Positions 32,675 to 44,312 are shown, numbered from the stretch's first letter. The stretch is 64,000 nt of DNA from an uncultured Nitrososphaeraceae archaeon (GCA_963837175.1 CAWIMJ010000050.1:160001-224000); one strand, 5' to 3'. The notes: generated by a model not told the origin, from the sequence alone. Program-made: numbers and translations.

Positions 32675-34126
32675 ATGCCTTTCGAAAGCCTAGGTGAGTA
32701 TGTTGAGGCACTAGATAAAAGTGGACAGCTAAAACGAGTAAAAAAAAGGGTAAGTCCGCATTTAGAAATTGCAGAAATTATGCGGAGACTAATGTATGCT
32801 GGTAATCAACCAGCAGTATTATTTGAAGATGTGCAAGGATATGACATACCTGTTCTCGGTAACGCTTTCGGAACTATAACACGATTACAAACAGCGTTGG
32901 AAATAGAAAACTTTCAAGAAATAGGTGAAAGAATTATGGACCTTACAAAATTGAAAATGCCTGCAGGAATGCTAAACAAACTCAGAATGCTACCAAAGCT
33001 GTCGGAGATAGCTCAATATGGTCCAAAAAGCGTAGAATCAGGACCAGTTATGGAAGTCACACAAACCGATAACATGAACCTAAATTCGATACCTATCCTA
33101 AAATCTTTTCCTGGCGATGCGGGCAGATTTATTACATTTGGATTAACGGTTACGAAGCATCCTGAAACAGGAATTCGAAATATTGGTGTGTATAGAATTC
33201 AGGTTATAAATGATATAAAAGCAATAATGCACTGGCAAATTCACAAGCGCGGAGCACAGCACTATGAAATATCGAAGGAGCAAATGAAAAGCATGGAAGT
33301 GGCGATAGTAATAGGCGCCGATCCAGCTACAATTTTCAGTGCAGTCGCGCCAGTCCCAGAAGGTATGGACAAGTTTCTATTTGCGGGTATAACTAGGAAG
33401 AGAGGAATACGACTTGTCAGATGTAAGAGTATTGACATGGAAGTTCCTGCAAATGCAGAAATTGTGCTGGAAGGATACATAGATCCAAACGATATTCGCA
33501 TGGAAGGTCCATTTGGAGATCATACAGGGTATTATACACCTCCAGAAGCCTATCCTACATTTACTCTTACTGGTATTATGCGAAGAAATAAGCCCATTTA
33601 TCTGACAACGGTTGTTGGCAAGCCTATTTTAGAGGACGCATATATAGGAAAAGTTATTGAGCGATCATTCTTGCCACTTATTCAGATGTTCCAGCCAGAG
33701 GTAGTAGATTTTTCTATGCCTCCAGCAGGATGGTTCCAAGGTCTTGCTGTGATTTCAATCAAGAAACGTTATCCTGGGCAAGCTCGAAAAGTTATGATGG
33801 GTTTATGGGGTATGGGTCAGCTATCTCTTACTAAGATATTTGCTGTTGTGGATCACGATATAAACGTGCATGACATGAACGAAGTCATATGGGCTATTAC
33901 CACAAGAGCAGATCCTAAGAGAGATACTATTATAATTGATAATACGCCAACTGATACTTTAGATCCAGCTTCTCCATTAGTTAACCTTGGTTCAAAGATG
34001 GGGATAGATGCAACCACAAAATGGAAAGAAGAAGGATATCTCAGAGAAATCCAGCAACTGGCTACAGTAGACGAGCAGACAAAGACAACTGTTGATAATA
34101 ACTGGAGAGAATACGGACTAACTTAA
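32675..34126 (+). CDS. UbiD-family (menaquinone pathway) decarboxylase
   Basis: RNIGVYR, EIVLEG, EGPFGDHTGYY, KMGIDAT. Confidence 0.93.
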   Translation: MPFESLGEYVEALDKSGQLKRVKKRVSPHLEIAEIMRRLMYAGNQPAVLFEDVQGYDIPVLGNAFGTITRLQTALEIENFQEIGERIMDLTKLKMPAGMLNKLRMLPKLSEIAQYGPKSVESGPVMEVTQTDNMNLNSIPILKSFPGDAGRFITFGLTVTKHPETGIRNIGVYRIQVINDIKAIMHWQIHKRGAQHYEISKEQMKSMEVAIVIGADPATIFSAVAPVPEGMDKFLFAGITRKRGIRLVRCKSIDMEVPANAEIVLEGYIDPNDIRMEGPFGDHTGYYTPPEAYPTFTLTGIMRRNKPIYLTTVVGKPILEDAYIGKVIERSFLPLIQMFQPEVVDFSMPPAGWFQGLAVISIKKRYPGQARKVMMGLWGMGQLSLTKIFAVVDHDINVHDMNEVIWAITTRADPKRDTIIIDNTPTDTLDPASPLVNLGSKMGIDATTKWKEEGYLREIQQLATVDEQTKTTVDNNWREYGLT

Positions 34127-34280
34127 TTAGGTGATTTATATTATTTTGGCAGTTTGCTACATTCAGACTAACGATAAATTAGATTATGATAGATAGATAA
34201 GTATTATATCCTTAATAATCTGTATTTATGTGTAATGAATAGGACTAATAAAATGTATATATTTACATTTACATTAATAG

Positions 34281-34318
34281 TAAGACTTTAAATTATAAGA
34301 CTTTAAATAATGATTATT
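34281..34318 (+). promoter_or_regulatory. DPSL promoter: duplicated TATA-containing 13-mer plus overlapping palindrome
   Basis: TAAGACTTTAAAT at 34281 and 34296; AATAAT-G-ATTATT at 34306-34318; TTTAAATA ends about 26 nt before ATG. Confidence 0.5.
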
Positions 34319-34334
34319 ATTATTATATCTAACT

Positions 34335-34931
34335 ATGAACGACAGTCTAAACAAAGAATCCGTTCCAAAAATTGTCGCATTAGAAGTTCTTGAGAAAAAT
34401 GGAGTTAATATAGAAAAACTCAAGGAATCGATTACAAAAGGAGTCGGTGCAGAATTCACAACATACTACTATTATACTATACTAAGAATGCATTGTACAG
34501 GATTAGAAGGCGAAGGAATTAAGGAGATAGTAGAAGATGCAAGAATTGAAGATAGAAACCATTTTGAAGCCATGGTTCCGAGACTTTACGAATTGGGAGG
34601 TGGTTTACCTAGAGATATTAGGAAATTTGCAGACCAAGCGGGTTGTCCTGATGCCTATCTTCCAGATAATTGGGAAGACATTAAATCGATACTAAAAGTT
34701 TTGTTAGAGGCCGAGCAGTGTGCGATTAGATCGTGGGGAGAAGTATGTGATATGACTGCGGGAAAAGACCCACGGACATATGATATTGCACAAAGGATCA
34801 TGCAAGAAGAAGTTGAGCATGAAGCATGGTTTATTGAACTTCTATCCAAAAGACCTTCAGGCCACTTTAGAAGAAGATTTGTAGGTCAATCGCCCCATAC
34901 GGGATCACAAGGCAGTCTAATACATCTTTGA
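34335..34931 (+). CDS. DPS-like (DPSL) ferritin-superfamily protein
   Basis: [42 protein letters not shown]. Confidence 0.93.
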   Translation: MNDSLNKESVPKIVALEVLEKNGVNIEKLKESITKGVGAEFTTYYYYTILRMHCTGLEGEGIKEIVEDARIEDRNHFEAMVPRLYELGGGLPRDIRKFADQAGCPDAYLPDNWEDIKSILKVLLEAEQCAIRSWGEVCDMTAGKDPRTYDIAQRIMQEEVEHEAWFIELLSKRPSGHFRRRFVGQSPHTGSQGSLIHL

Positions 34932-34987
34932 GCAAAATACATAATTTATAAAAGGTTTTTTTCCTTTTCATTAATATCGATAGATTC

Positions 34988-35350
34988 ATGCTTTATCGAA
35001 TTTGTAGCAGTAATGATTTAAAGGATAACTCTATGATTGTTTTCAACATTAACGGGAGTGATGTGCTTGTAGGAAGGAGAAATGGAAAATTATTTTCATG
35101 CAATAATTCATGTCCACATAGGGGAGCATCTCTTTCAAAAGGGTACTTCAATGGTGATAATATTGTTTGCTATATGCACGGATACGAATACAATGTATTT
35201 ACAGGAAAGTTAGCACACATGAAATCATGGAAAAAAGATGAATCATGGATGGAGCAAAGCTTTGAATGGAGAAAATCAAATGATTTGACTTTATATCCAA
35301 TAATAGAAAAAGATGGAATAATCTATTTAGAATTCACACAAGGCAATTGA
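34988..35350 (+). CDS. Rieske [2Fe-2S] ferredoxin
   Basis: CPH...CYMH. Confidence 0.9.
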   Translation: MLYRICSSNDLKDNSMIVFNINGSDVLVGRRNGKLFSCNNSCPHRGASLSKGYFNGDNIVCYMHGYEYNVFTGKLAHMKSWKKDESWMEQSFEWRKSNDLTLYPIIEKDGIIYLEFTQGN

Positions 35351-36294
35351 TAGCCTGTCTCCTAAAAAGCTGGAAAGACAACTTCAATAATTCTTGAACG
35401 TTTATTAACAATATATATTGTTGAACACAGTAAAACATTACCATTTTTCCTCAAAAACAATATAGCCTATAAACTATCAACATAGTTGAAGGCGGTCTCG
35501 TGACAACACTCAACACTTAACTTTTATTGATGTTTAAAGATAGATAACACAGACGGACCGAATTGGTCGAGATTTTTGAACCCATTTGAGCCTAAGTGGT
35601 TCCTTTTGAAACCACCACAACTCTGCCCGTTATGTATTAGTTCATATCCAAATATCCATTCATTACGTTACAATCATTAAAAATGAATTTAATATATTTA
35701 CTTATTTGACCTATGATATAATTTATCATACTATAACTTCACATTAATAGCTGGCTCTGTATTCATGCATGCATCTCCTTAAATAAGGATAATGCTGGCA
35801 AATCATCCTTACTGCATTATAAATCCATTATCTTTATCATTTGTTGTGGCAGTAATCTTTTCAATAACCTAGAAAATAGATGCTCATACACGAAAACTAA
35901 GTATATTTGTTATAATGTATGGGCGACATTTATAATAAGATGAATCTCGCTCCAGCTCATTGAGGTTGTATTTCATAGACTTCGTTAAAGTTTGTTGTAG
36001 ATTATTTGTATTATTCTTCTTCTTATGTAGGAAGCACGTAAGGCAAGTTACTAGGTTTTGAGAAAGTTAGTAGAATAATAAAGATGCCTATCTATAAACT
36101 TCTAATTAGATGTTCAGATATTTGATAATCTTTATGCTTACTAACTAATAGTTCAAATGTCATTTACTTCCAATAAAACCTTTATTTTAAAAATGAAGTA
36201 TTTGTGGACAAGCTGGGCAAATTACATGCAGCAAAGAATGGTGTTTTTTTCATATTAGCATTAGACTTAAGCTCCTGTATTAATATGGAAAAAG

Positions 36295-36798
36295 TTAGAG
36301 ATAGCTTGTTTCTTTATAATTCACTAATCCTCCAGATTCAACTATCTTGGCAATCAAAGGAGGAAATGCCTTCATGACGTAAGTCTCATTTTTTGATAAA
36401 TTAGTAATTCTATTCTGACTAATATCAATATCGAGATAATCATTATCTGCAATTCTCTTGATTATTTCTTCTTCAACCTCTATAGGTAGTAAGTAACCAC
36501 CATCTACAGCATTTCTATAAAATATCCTTGCAAAAGATGGTGCCAAAATTGCCTTTATACCAGTGCCGGAAAGAGCAATCGGTGCATGCTCTCTACTAGA
36601 ACCACAACCAAAATTACTGCCGCAAACGAGAAAATCCCCATTTGATACTTTCTCAGGGAATTTGGAGTCTATTCCTTCCATAGCATGTTTGGCCAATTCT
36701 TTGTGATCATGGATTTTAAGATAAGGACCAGGAATAATGACGTCTGTATCTATATTTGCTCTGTCATATTTATGAACTATTCCTCTCATAGTAATCAA
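36295..36798 (-). CDS. leuD: 3-isopropylmalate dehydratase/homoaconitase small subunit
   Basis: NIDTDVIIP, NFGCGSSREHA, SFARIFYRN. Confidence 0.9.
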   Translation of the reverse strand: MITMRGIVHKYDRANIDTDVIIPGPYLKIHDHKELAKHAMEGIDSKFPEKVSNGDFLVCGSNFGCGSSREHAPIALSGTGIKAILAPSFARIFYRNAVDGGYLLPIEVEEEIIKRIADNDYLDIDISQNRITNLSKNETYVMKAFPPLIAKIVESGGLVNYKETSYL

Positions 36799-38075
36799 TT
36801 CCTCGCATCACGTGGATCTGTAATTTTACCTGTTATCGCTGATGCTGCTACTACAAGTGGCGATGCAAGATATGTTTTTGATTCTACATTTCCCATTCTT
36901 CCTGGAAAGTTTCGGTTCGTTGTACTCACACATATTTCATCCTTACCTAATACTCCCATGTGAGCTCCACAACATGCTCCACAAGTTGGCGGTCCAATAA
37001 CAGCTCCTGCTTCCATGAAAATACTAATTAATCCCTCTTTTATGGCTTTCATATAAATTGATTGAGCTGCTGGCAGTACTTCAGTTCTTACTTTTACTTT
37101 CTTACCTTTAAGCAATTTAGCTGCCAATCGAAGGTCTTCAAGTTTTGCGCCTGTACATGATCCTATGTATGCCTTGTCTATTTCGGTACCTTGCAATTCT
37201 CTTGCGACGCTGATATTTCCAGGAGAAAATGGCTTTGCTACAATTGGTTCTAATTTGTCAATCTCGTAAGTATATAGCTCAGAAAACTCTGCATCAGAAT
37301 CTCCCAGTATTGCAAAATAAGAAGAATCTGTTCTCTCACGAATGTATTCATCGGTTATTGAATCAGGCTCAATAATGCCATTCTTGGCGCCGGCTTCTGT
37401 GGTCATATTAGTGAGCGTTAGACGCTCTTCCATTCCTAGCTGTCTTATTACCTCCCCGGAAAACTGCATTGTCTTATAATTCGCACCATCCGTTCCAATA
37501 TCACCTATTATCTTTAGTATGATGTCCTTAGCCATTATGTATTCAGGTTTTTTCCCTGTTAATTTGAACATCATAGTCTGTGGTATTTTAAACCAAATTT
37601 GTCCGTTCATTAGAACATATGCAATATCTGTATGACCTAAACCAGCAGCAAATGCTCCCATTGCTCCTGTAGTATTTGTATGGGAATCTCCTCCCACATA
37701 AACCTCCCCGGGCAGCACCATTGCTTCTTCGTGTGAGAGAGTATGACAAATGCCATACTGTCCTAAGCCGTATTTAAAATGCTTTTTTATTCCAAATTTC
37801 TCACTCCAATTAGAAAGTTCGAGAAGATTTTCAGCAGAAATTCTGTCCGGAGGAGGAACGAAATGATCTTCTGTTATCCAGACTCTGTCAGGATCCCAAA
37901 TGCGCTCAAGTTTTTTTCCCATTTTTTCCCACTGACTGAATACTTTTATAACTCCAGGACCTGAAACATCATGCAACATGACTTTATCTATTTTAGCAAA
38001 AACTACATCGCCTGGCGAGATATGATCTTTTCCCGCCGCTCGTGCAATAATCTTTTCAGTAATTGTCATACCCAA
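36795..38075 (-). CDS. leuC: 3-isopropylmalate dehydratase/homoaconitase large subunit
   Basis: GICH, DSHT, IGSCT, CGACCG, STTNRNFPGRMG. Confidence 0.92.
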   Translation of the reverse strand: MGMTITEKIIARAAGKDHISPGDVVFAKIDKVMLHDVSGPGVIKVFSQWEKMGKKLERIWDPDRVWITEDHFVPPPDRISAENLLELSNWSEKFGIKKHFKYGLGQYGICHTLSHEEAMVLPGEVYVGGDSHTNTTGAMGAFAAGLGHTDIAYVLMNGQIWFKIPQTMMFKLTGKKPEYIMAKDIILKIIGDIGTDGANYKTMQFSGEVIRQLGMEERLTLTNMTTEAGAKNGIIEPDSITDEYIRERTDSSYFAILGDSDAEFSELYTYEIDKLEPIVAKPFSPGNISVARELQGTEIDKAYIGSCTGAKLEDLRLAAKLLKGKKVKVRTEVLPAAQSIYMKAIKEGLISIFMEAGAVIGPPTCGACCGAHMGVLGKDEICVSTTNRNFPGRMGNVESKTYLASPLVVAASAITGKITDPRDARN

Positions 38076-38169
38076 AACTGATCCCTACATCTATGAATCG
38101 AGTCAAATCACAGATTAATACTTTATGTGTGAAGTAAAACACAAGAGTGTGTGATGAATATTAGATTTA

Positions 38170-38916
38170 TTGGAAATTCTACCTTTATCATTATCATTAA
38201 AGACAGGCAAATTCAATCTTTTTAAAAGCCTCAACTCTCCAAACTTTAAATTCAGAGATAATGACATTCTTATAATTTCAAGCAAGTATGTCTCTATGAG
38301 TGAAGGCTCTATAAGAAGGCTAGATAGTGTCAAGGTAACCGGAAGAGCACTAGAACTTGCATCTAAATATCATATGAATGCAAAGCTTGTCGAGCTTGTT
38401 ATCCGTGAATCTGATTATATATTAAAAGGCATACCTGGCTTTTTGCTTGCAATCAAAGAAGGGATTATAGCCCCAAATGCGGGTATTGACAAGTCAAATA
38501 TACCTTCAGGATTTGTGATTTTGTATCCTCGCCAACCTTTTAAAACAGCAGAAAATTTGCGCCAAAAATTCTTTCTACATTTGGACATTAAAGTTATGGT
38601 TATTATTGCAGATAGCCGATTAATGCCAACTAGAATTGGCACTACAGGTATTGCAATAGCGTGTGCAGGTTTCGAACCTGTTGAAGATCAGAGAGGGAAG
38701 GTGGATTTATTTGGAAATGTCCTTAAGGTAACTCTTAAGGCAGTCGCAGACAGCCTTGCAACGATCGGTGTTTCAGTAATGGGCGAAAGCAATGAATCCA
38801 TACCTGCCATAATTATACGAAATACAAAAGTAATTGCTACAGATAGGAAACTTTCATGGCATGATATGGCAGTAGATGCTGTAGAAGACATCTATATCAG
38901 GGGTATGCAATATTAA
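38170..38916 (+). CDS. cofE: Coenzyme F420-0:L-glutamate ligase
   Basis: ISSKYVS, PNAGIDKSN, DS..MPTRIG, DLFG. Confidence 0.9.
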   Translation: MEILPLSLSLKTGKFNLFKSLNSPNFKFRDNDILIISSKYVSMSEGSIRRLDSVKVTGRALELASKYHMNAKLVELVIRESDYILKGIPGFLLAIKEGIIAPNAGIDKSNIPSGFVILYPRQPFKTAENLRQKFFLHLDIKVMVIIADSRLMPTRIGTTGIAIACAGFEPVEDQRGKVDLFGNVLKVTLKAVADSLATIGVSVMGESNESIPAIIIRNTKVIATDRKLSWHDMAVDAVEDIYIRGMQY

Positions 38917-38978
38917 AATTGATTTTATAATATAACAGAATTAGTTATTTAGACATACAGTTTTAATAATGCTATTTA

Positions 38979-39572
38979 GTGAACAAGATTGCCAGAAAAT
39001 ATATGTCCGAGTTCTTGACTAGCTATCCTAGACGCATAAGTGTTGTAAAAGGATTGCATGATTTTATACGTCATGAAGAAATTGAATTAGACCATTTAAG
39101 TTTAATGGTGAAGATAAAGAAAGAGGAGATAACCAAAACTCTCATCACAGAGGGATTTCGACGAGTCAAATTTGAGAACAAAAAGCCAATGCAGATCGGT
39201 AGTGGCTTTACAAAGAGACTTAGCAAGCCATGGGAAATGCATGTGCGATTGTTGGATTTGCAGCAGGGTTTGATCGCAATACAAGCGGAGGTAGAAGTTT
39301 CCCGTAAATACATACAACATATTAGATCCGTAAGAGCTCCGGTGATATATGAATTAGAATCGATATTGACCAAACATAGCATTGAATATAAAATATGGAA
39401 TGCCAAGGTAAGGGACTATATATCTAATATCATTGATAACCACCAGATAAAACTTAATGCTCCGACGTTACCTGCCATGCCATGGAAACCTATGATCGGT
39501 TTTGGACTAAGTTTGGCTATAATTTATGCATTAAAATTTGTTGGCATTTTGAAAAATACACAGCTCCTATGA
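38979..39572 (+). CDS. Hypothetical protein with C-terminal membrane anchor
   Basis: PWEMHVR..EVEVSR..IQH; hydrophobic C-terminus. Confidence 0.75.
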   Translation: MNKIARKYMSEFLTSYPRRISVVKGLHDFIRHEEIELDHLSLMVKIKKEEITKTLITEGFRRVKFENKKPMQIGSGFTKRLSKPWEMHVRLLDLQQGLIAIQAEVEVSRKYIQHIRSVRAPVIYELESILTKHSIEYKIWNAKVRDYISNIIDNHQIKLNAPTLPAMPWKPMIGFGLSLAIIYALKFVGILKNTQLL

Positions 39573-40502
39573 CCATTATATTTAGAGATAGATATTCATG
39601 GGTCTGAGTATTACCGAGTTGGAATGGAATTTGCAATAAAAATTTCTATAAATATATTAAAAGATATATTATTTTTAGATTTATATGACATATTGCTCAA
39701 AAGCTTCTTTAATTAACAACAGTCAGTAGAAGTAGCCAATCTGAAGATGGTGCGTTTAGTGGATTGTCATGATTGATGTCATCACAACAATTATAGTTCT
39801 ATTCTATTTTGGCCATCGTACATTTATTTTGCCTAGGTACATCAAATTAGTGTCATTAACAATGTAAGAAGACCTTATACTATGAATTATAAGTTAGAAT
39901 TATCCGCATGATTATTATTTATTCTTAGTCCTATCATGTTACTTTTTCTGTAAGTGTATATTATATTTATTGTTACTCTCATCTTTCTAAGCGGGTCAAC
40001 TACAATTCTACATTTTATCCTAATATTGAATGTTTGTAAAGAAAGATTATCGTAGCTATGGTAAGCGAAATGTTCGATATATCTAATAGTTTAAAGTGAC
40101 TGCAGTAACTGCAAAGTGGCTGCAGGCAGGACTGTCAAGGATATTCAGAGGAAATTCTTAAAAAGTAAAATATAACAGTAGTAATGTAATTGTCGTTGCC
40201 AATCTTCAACAAGGGATTTGATCTTCTCCGTACTTCGAAAAAGCTTGACGAATAGGCAAGCTTCAGAAGGTGCAATAATTTCATTACAATATGAGGATAA
40301 TTTGTTCTTTATGGAAAAAATTTGGGTATAAATATTATTATCAAAGCTACTCTTATCCAATTGGTCAACAGCTTTTTCATTAATTAAAAAAATTATAGCA
40401 ATCATGCAAAAAAGGCTCCATAAACGTATGAAGTTCTATGAAAACGGGAAGGAATAAAGGGTAGACGTCAGAGCTAATATTTCAAACCATCTTTAAACAA
40501 TA

Positions 40503-41099
40503 CTAAATATGTTGAAGTATCCAACCTGCCGGTAAAAGCTTGTGTTTAATTTTCTCATCTCCTATCGAAGTTGCATATCTCCAAACTTCTACCTTTTCAT
40601 TAACAGAAGAAAATTGGGCCTTTATCTTCGTTAAAGCTTTGATTTCTTCGTGTAGACTATTCCTGTCATATGGGGAAGAGAATTTGTGACAGAATTGACA
40701 TTTGTTATCTAATTTAACTGTTTTATTATTCTCTTCGAGGATAGGATAAGCACGGCATGCTAATGGACGATTCTCATATATTTTGCATCTAAATCCGCCA
40801 TGAGGTGACTTCTGTGGGTTATCCATTTCTAGAAAAGGACATAGGTTACCATCAACATTCTTACCCATCATTTGATAAGCAACTATTCTTTTTGGGCCAT
40901 CGCCTTTACGATTCTTGCCGATTCCTAACCTGGGAATTATATTAACTTTCACCTCTGTAATTCTTATTTGATCCATAATTCTAGATTTCTCTTCGGGAAG
41001 GATTAAAACTCCAATCTTGCCATATTCTAGCGAGGGATAGTACTCTCGATAAATACAACAATCAGAACAAGTCTCAATACAAGAAAACTTTCTAAGCAT
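40503..41099 (-). CDS. YkgJ-family cysteine-cluster protein
   Basis: CxxxCxxCC, CPFL, CKIYENRPLACRAYP. Confidence 0.9.
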   Translation of the reverse strand: MLRKFSCIETCSDCCIYREYYPSLEYGKIGVLILPEEKSRIMDQIRITEVKVNIIPRLGIGKNRKGDGPKRIVAYQMMGKNVDGNLCPFLEMDNPQKSPHGGFRCKIYENRPLACRAYPILEENNKTVKLDNKCQFCHKFSSPYDRNSLHEEIKALTKIKAQFSSVNEKVEVWRYATSIGDEKIKHKLLPAGWILQHI

Positions 41100-41673
41100 T
41101 AGAAACCAGTGCTGATTGAATACCTTTATGCTCGATGCTATCTGATGCTAGATCAAAATATTGCAAAAATTTAATATCATAAACAGATTTTGATCTTTTT
41201 AATAATTCAAGACTAAATCCATTGTCTGCTTTCCCTTTATTTTTGTTTTCTTTATAGATGGCAAAACGCAAAACAACCTGCTTCTCATAGCCACGCTTGA
41301 ATCTGTTGTAATTTTCTGATCTGTGAAAATCCTTTACAAAACCGATGTTTTCACCTTTATTATTGGAACTCACATAAAGAATAAACCAATACTTGTCATT
41401 GTATTCAACGAATCTGAGCTTAATTTCATCATCAGGCCACCATTCTATTGTTTTCTTCCATAATTTGAATGCATATCTTTTGTCCTTGAATAAAGGCAAA
41501 ACATTCATGTATATGTCATGATAACGATATCCAACACCGATAATGTTGTTGAACCATAATATAGGCTGGTTTATTTCATCTGAATTTGAAGAAAGTATTC
41601 CATCATTATTCAATTTTCGGTTGAATCTAGTATTTAGAACAATAAGATGATTATAAAGATGTACCGATTTCAA
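41092..41673 (-). CDS. Hypothetical protein
   Basis: 193-aa ORF overlapping the YkgJ start by 8 nt. Confidence 0.7.
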   Translation of the reverse strand: MKSVHLYNHLIVLNTRFNRKLNNDGILSSNSDEINQPILWFNNIIGVGYRYHDIYMNVLPLFKDKRYAFKLWKKTIEWWPDDEIKLRFVEYNDKYWFILYVSSNNKGENIGFVKDFHRSENYNRFKRGYEKQVVLRFAIYKENKNKGKADNGFSLELLKRSKSVYDIKFLQYFDLASDSIEHKGIQSALVSNA

Positions 41674-42291
41674 GAAAACTCTAACTATGTCTTATACTGA
41701 TCTATACTATCCTCTGCTGATTATCTAAAAATATATAATGATTTCATTACATGAATTTTTTGATAGATCTCTATCTCGTCTTGCATGATTCTTCTTCCTA
41801 TTCATAAGCAAACTGTGTTTTAGAAACGATTTTGATTATGGTTTCTATTTCAGGAAGAGATAACGAAGGTAATTATATTTTTACAACAATTTGTGGTTGG
41901 TATAAATAAATAAGCAATTAGCACAGAGGCATACCGTTATCTACTCACTTTATTCATTCAGCTAATTTTCTTCATCGCCATTAATCGCAGAAAAATTATT
42001 TATATTAAATTTTAGATGAAGTTCAACTATGCTTTCTCAAATTAGCAAGCATTATAGGTTTAATGAAAATGATGTAATCACGCATTAGGTATTCTAATAT
42101 TTTTCTAAAGAAAATTCTATTATGGACTGCTAACTTTTATTTGTTCTTTAATTTCTGTTTTCCTGCCTGCTCCTAATCATTTTTACAGTTTTAGTAAATA
42201 AGTGCTAACATGAACTTACGTAAGGTTATGAATTAGAAGGAAGGTAGTATATGAGCTTGGTATATCATCAAAGTAATAATGAGCATTGAAG

Positions 42292-42465
42292 TTACGCTTC
42301 TCTCTCTACGGCTTCTATATGACATTCATGTCCCCGATGTTCTTTATCTACCATCATGGCTTCTTGATTGGATATAGGGAATCGTTCTTGATCAAGATAT
42401 GACTTTCCTTCTTTTTCCAGAATAACTTTCTTACAACTATCACAGATTAGCTGCAATACTATCAT
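42292..42465 (-). CDS. 57-aa CxxC/HxxH microprotein (not in ORF track)
   Basis: MIVLQLICDSCKKVILEKEGKSYLDQERFPISNQEAMMVDKEHRGHECHIEAVEREA*; TATA-like element upstream. Confidence 0.75.
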   Translation of the reverse strand: MIVLQLICDSCKKVILEKEGKSYLDQERFPISNQEAMMVDKEHRGHECHIEAVEREA

Positions 42466-43247
42466 TTTTTATACAATAGGTCTAACAATATATATAGATA
42501 AGATTACTGTTAAATAGACGAATTAAGACAATAGCGCTAACCGACGAATATTCACGTCATGTACTGCCGTTTCTATTTGATTTTCCAGAACATTTAGCCG
42601 AGATAAATGGAGTCATACTGTTCAAGCAATACCTTATTAATCTATAAGTCTTGTTACTATACCATTAGAAGAAAATTTTGAATAATTTTTAACTTAATTT
42701 GAGACAAGTGCTGCCTATTTCTATATCTTTAAAAATTGTTTGTATTTCTTCTATCAGATACACCAAAAATAATTTATTTTTCGCAGCGAAAAATAAATTA
42801 AAATATCAATGAGAATATAAGTCAAGATGTAGATTCCCAGGAGATTGTAGTATTGAACCTTAATTAAGATCTCATAGAAATAAATCCTTGCTTACATAAA
42901 GTCCAATAACTACTTATACTTTATCTTTTTCGACTGAAGCAGGCACTAATGAGTAGTGTCAGGAACATCATGATTACGAATAGATTTGCTACTTAAGAGT
43001 ATCAGTATTATTTCAAAATGGCTAAGACTGTGTTAATTTAATGTCTTCATATATGGCTTAGTATCTGTAGGATACAAATTATATTTTGTTATTTTAGTTG
43101 ATAGTGCAGTATTTCTAAAAGACTTGAACAAAAAAACACAAGAAAATAAATCTAGCGAATATAAAATCAAATATCAATTCTAAATATCTCTACATCATTC
43201 CGGTTAGAATAAGATAATGAATTGTAAACCGACTATTTATTATTCTT

Positions 43248-43550
43248 TTATCTTCCAAATATTCCTTCAAAAGTGTTACGTATGTTTCCAAGCATCCCTT
43301 TCCGATTTTCTTTTTTTTCTACTAATTTAAAACATTGTTGACAAAGAGCGCGTAAATTTACAGGTCGGTTATCTTTTAATGATCCATTAATGTGCTCAAA
43401 ATGTGGATGTATATCACCCCTGAATTTTGTTGAACATTTCTGGCAACGGTAATGTGCTCTTTCTAACACTGTCTGCTTTATACTAAGCGTTAGACGTTCG
43501 TATCGACGTTTATCAACATTATTAGTTGAACTTCCACCAAAAAACGACAC
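43248..43550 (-). CDS. Small HNH-like protein, degenerate
   Basis: RCQKC...FEHING...DNRPVNLRALCQQCF. Confidence 0.8.
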   Translation of the reverse strand: MSFFGGSSTNNVDKRRYERLTLSIKQTVLERAHYRCQKCSTKFRGDIHPHFEHINGSLKDNRPVNLRALCQQCFKLVEKKENRKGMLGNIRNTFEGIFGR

Positions 43551-43776
43551 ATTGGTCGATTAGTATCCCTTTAACTTATTTCTTGCGGAACAATATTTAA
43601 TTTAGAAAAAGAATTTCAAATACCAAATAATAATTTAACAGACTTATGATAGCATATTTTGATGAAACAATTAATCAGTAGCTTTATCATATCTTTTTGA
43701 TGAATCGCGGTGAATGTTCAAGTTTCGATCCGAAAACACAAAGCACTTAAATTATCAGCGATTGGGCATAGTGTAA

Positions 43777-43877
43777 GGGCCGGTAGTTTAGTCCGGTAGA
43801 ATACCTGCCTTGCATGCTATGACTATGTCAGGCAAAGGAAACGTAGGTGGTCGTGGGTTCGAATCCCACCCGGTCCA
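43777..43877 (+). tRNA. tRNA-Ala(TGC) with 27-nt intron
   Basis: GGGCCGG/CCGGTCC acceptor stem with G3:U70; anticodon TGC at 43811-13; TTCGAAT T-loop; intron about 43814-43840. Confidence 0.95.
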
Positions 43878-44312
43878 TCATAATCTTTTTTTGATTGTAT
43901 GAGCCGTATATCAACTCATTTGTAGCTGAGTCAAAAGATTAATCTCATAATTGATGGTTACGAATATACTATCTGGTAATAATAAACAACTTCCATACTC
44001 TTTATATTCGTAATATGTCATATTAGCACTCATTATTAGTCATTATCTTTGAAAAGCTTTCTTTTTATGCTCACAGTATAATTTTTATCTTGGTAGATGG
44101 GAAAGACAATAAACGCGTTAGTTCATACAAGAATTACAAAGATGATATATCAATATTACAATATATTTTCAATTAGAGTTTGGGTCTGCTGAAATGAGAT
44201 AAACAATTGAATGAGAATCAATCTAGCATCATAGAAAGAACAGTTATTTATATCCTCTTTTTGTAAAGAACTTAAACAGATATTTTAAGTAGTAGATAAA
44301 GGATGTACGCAT

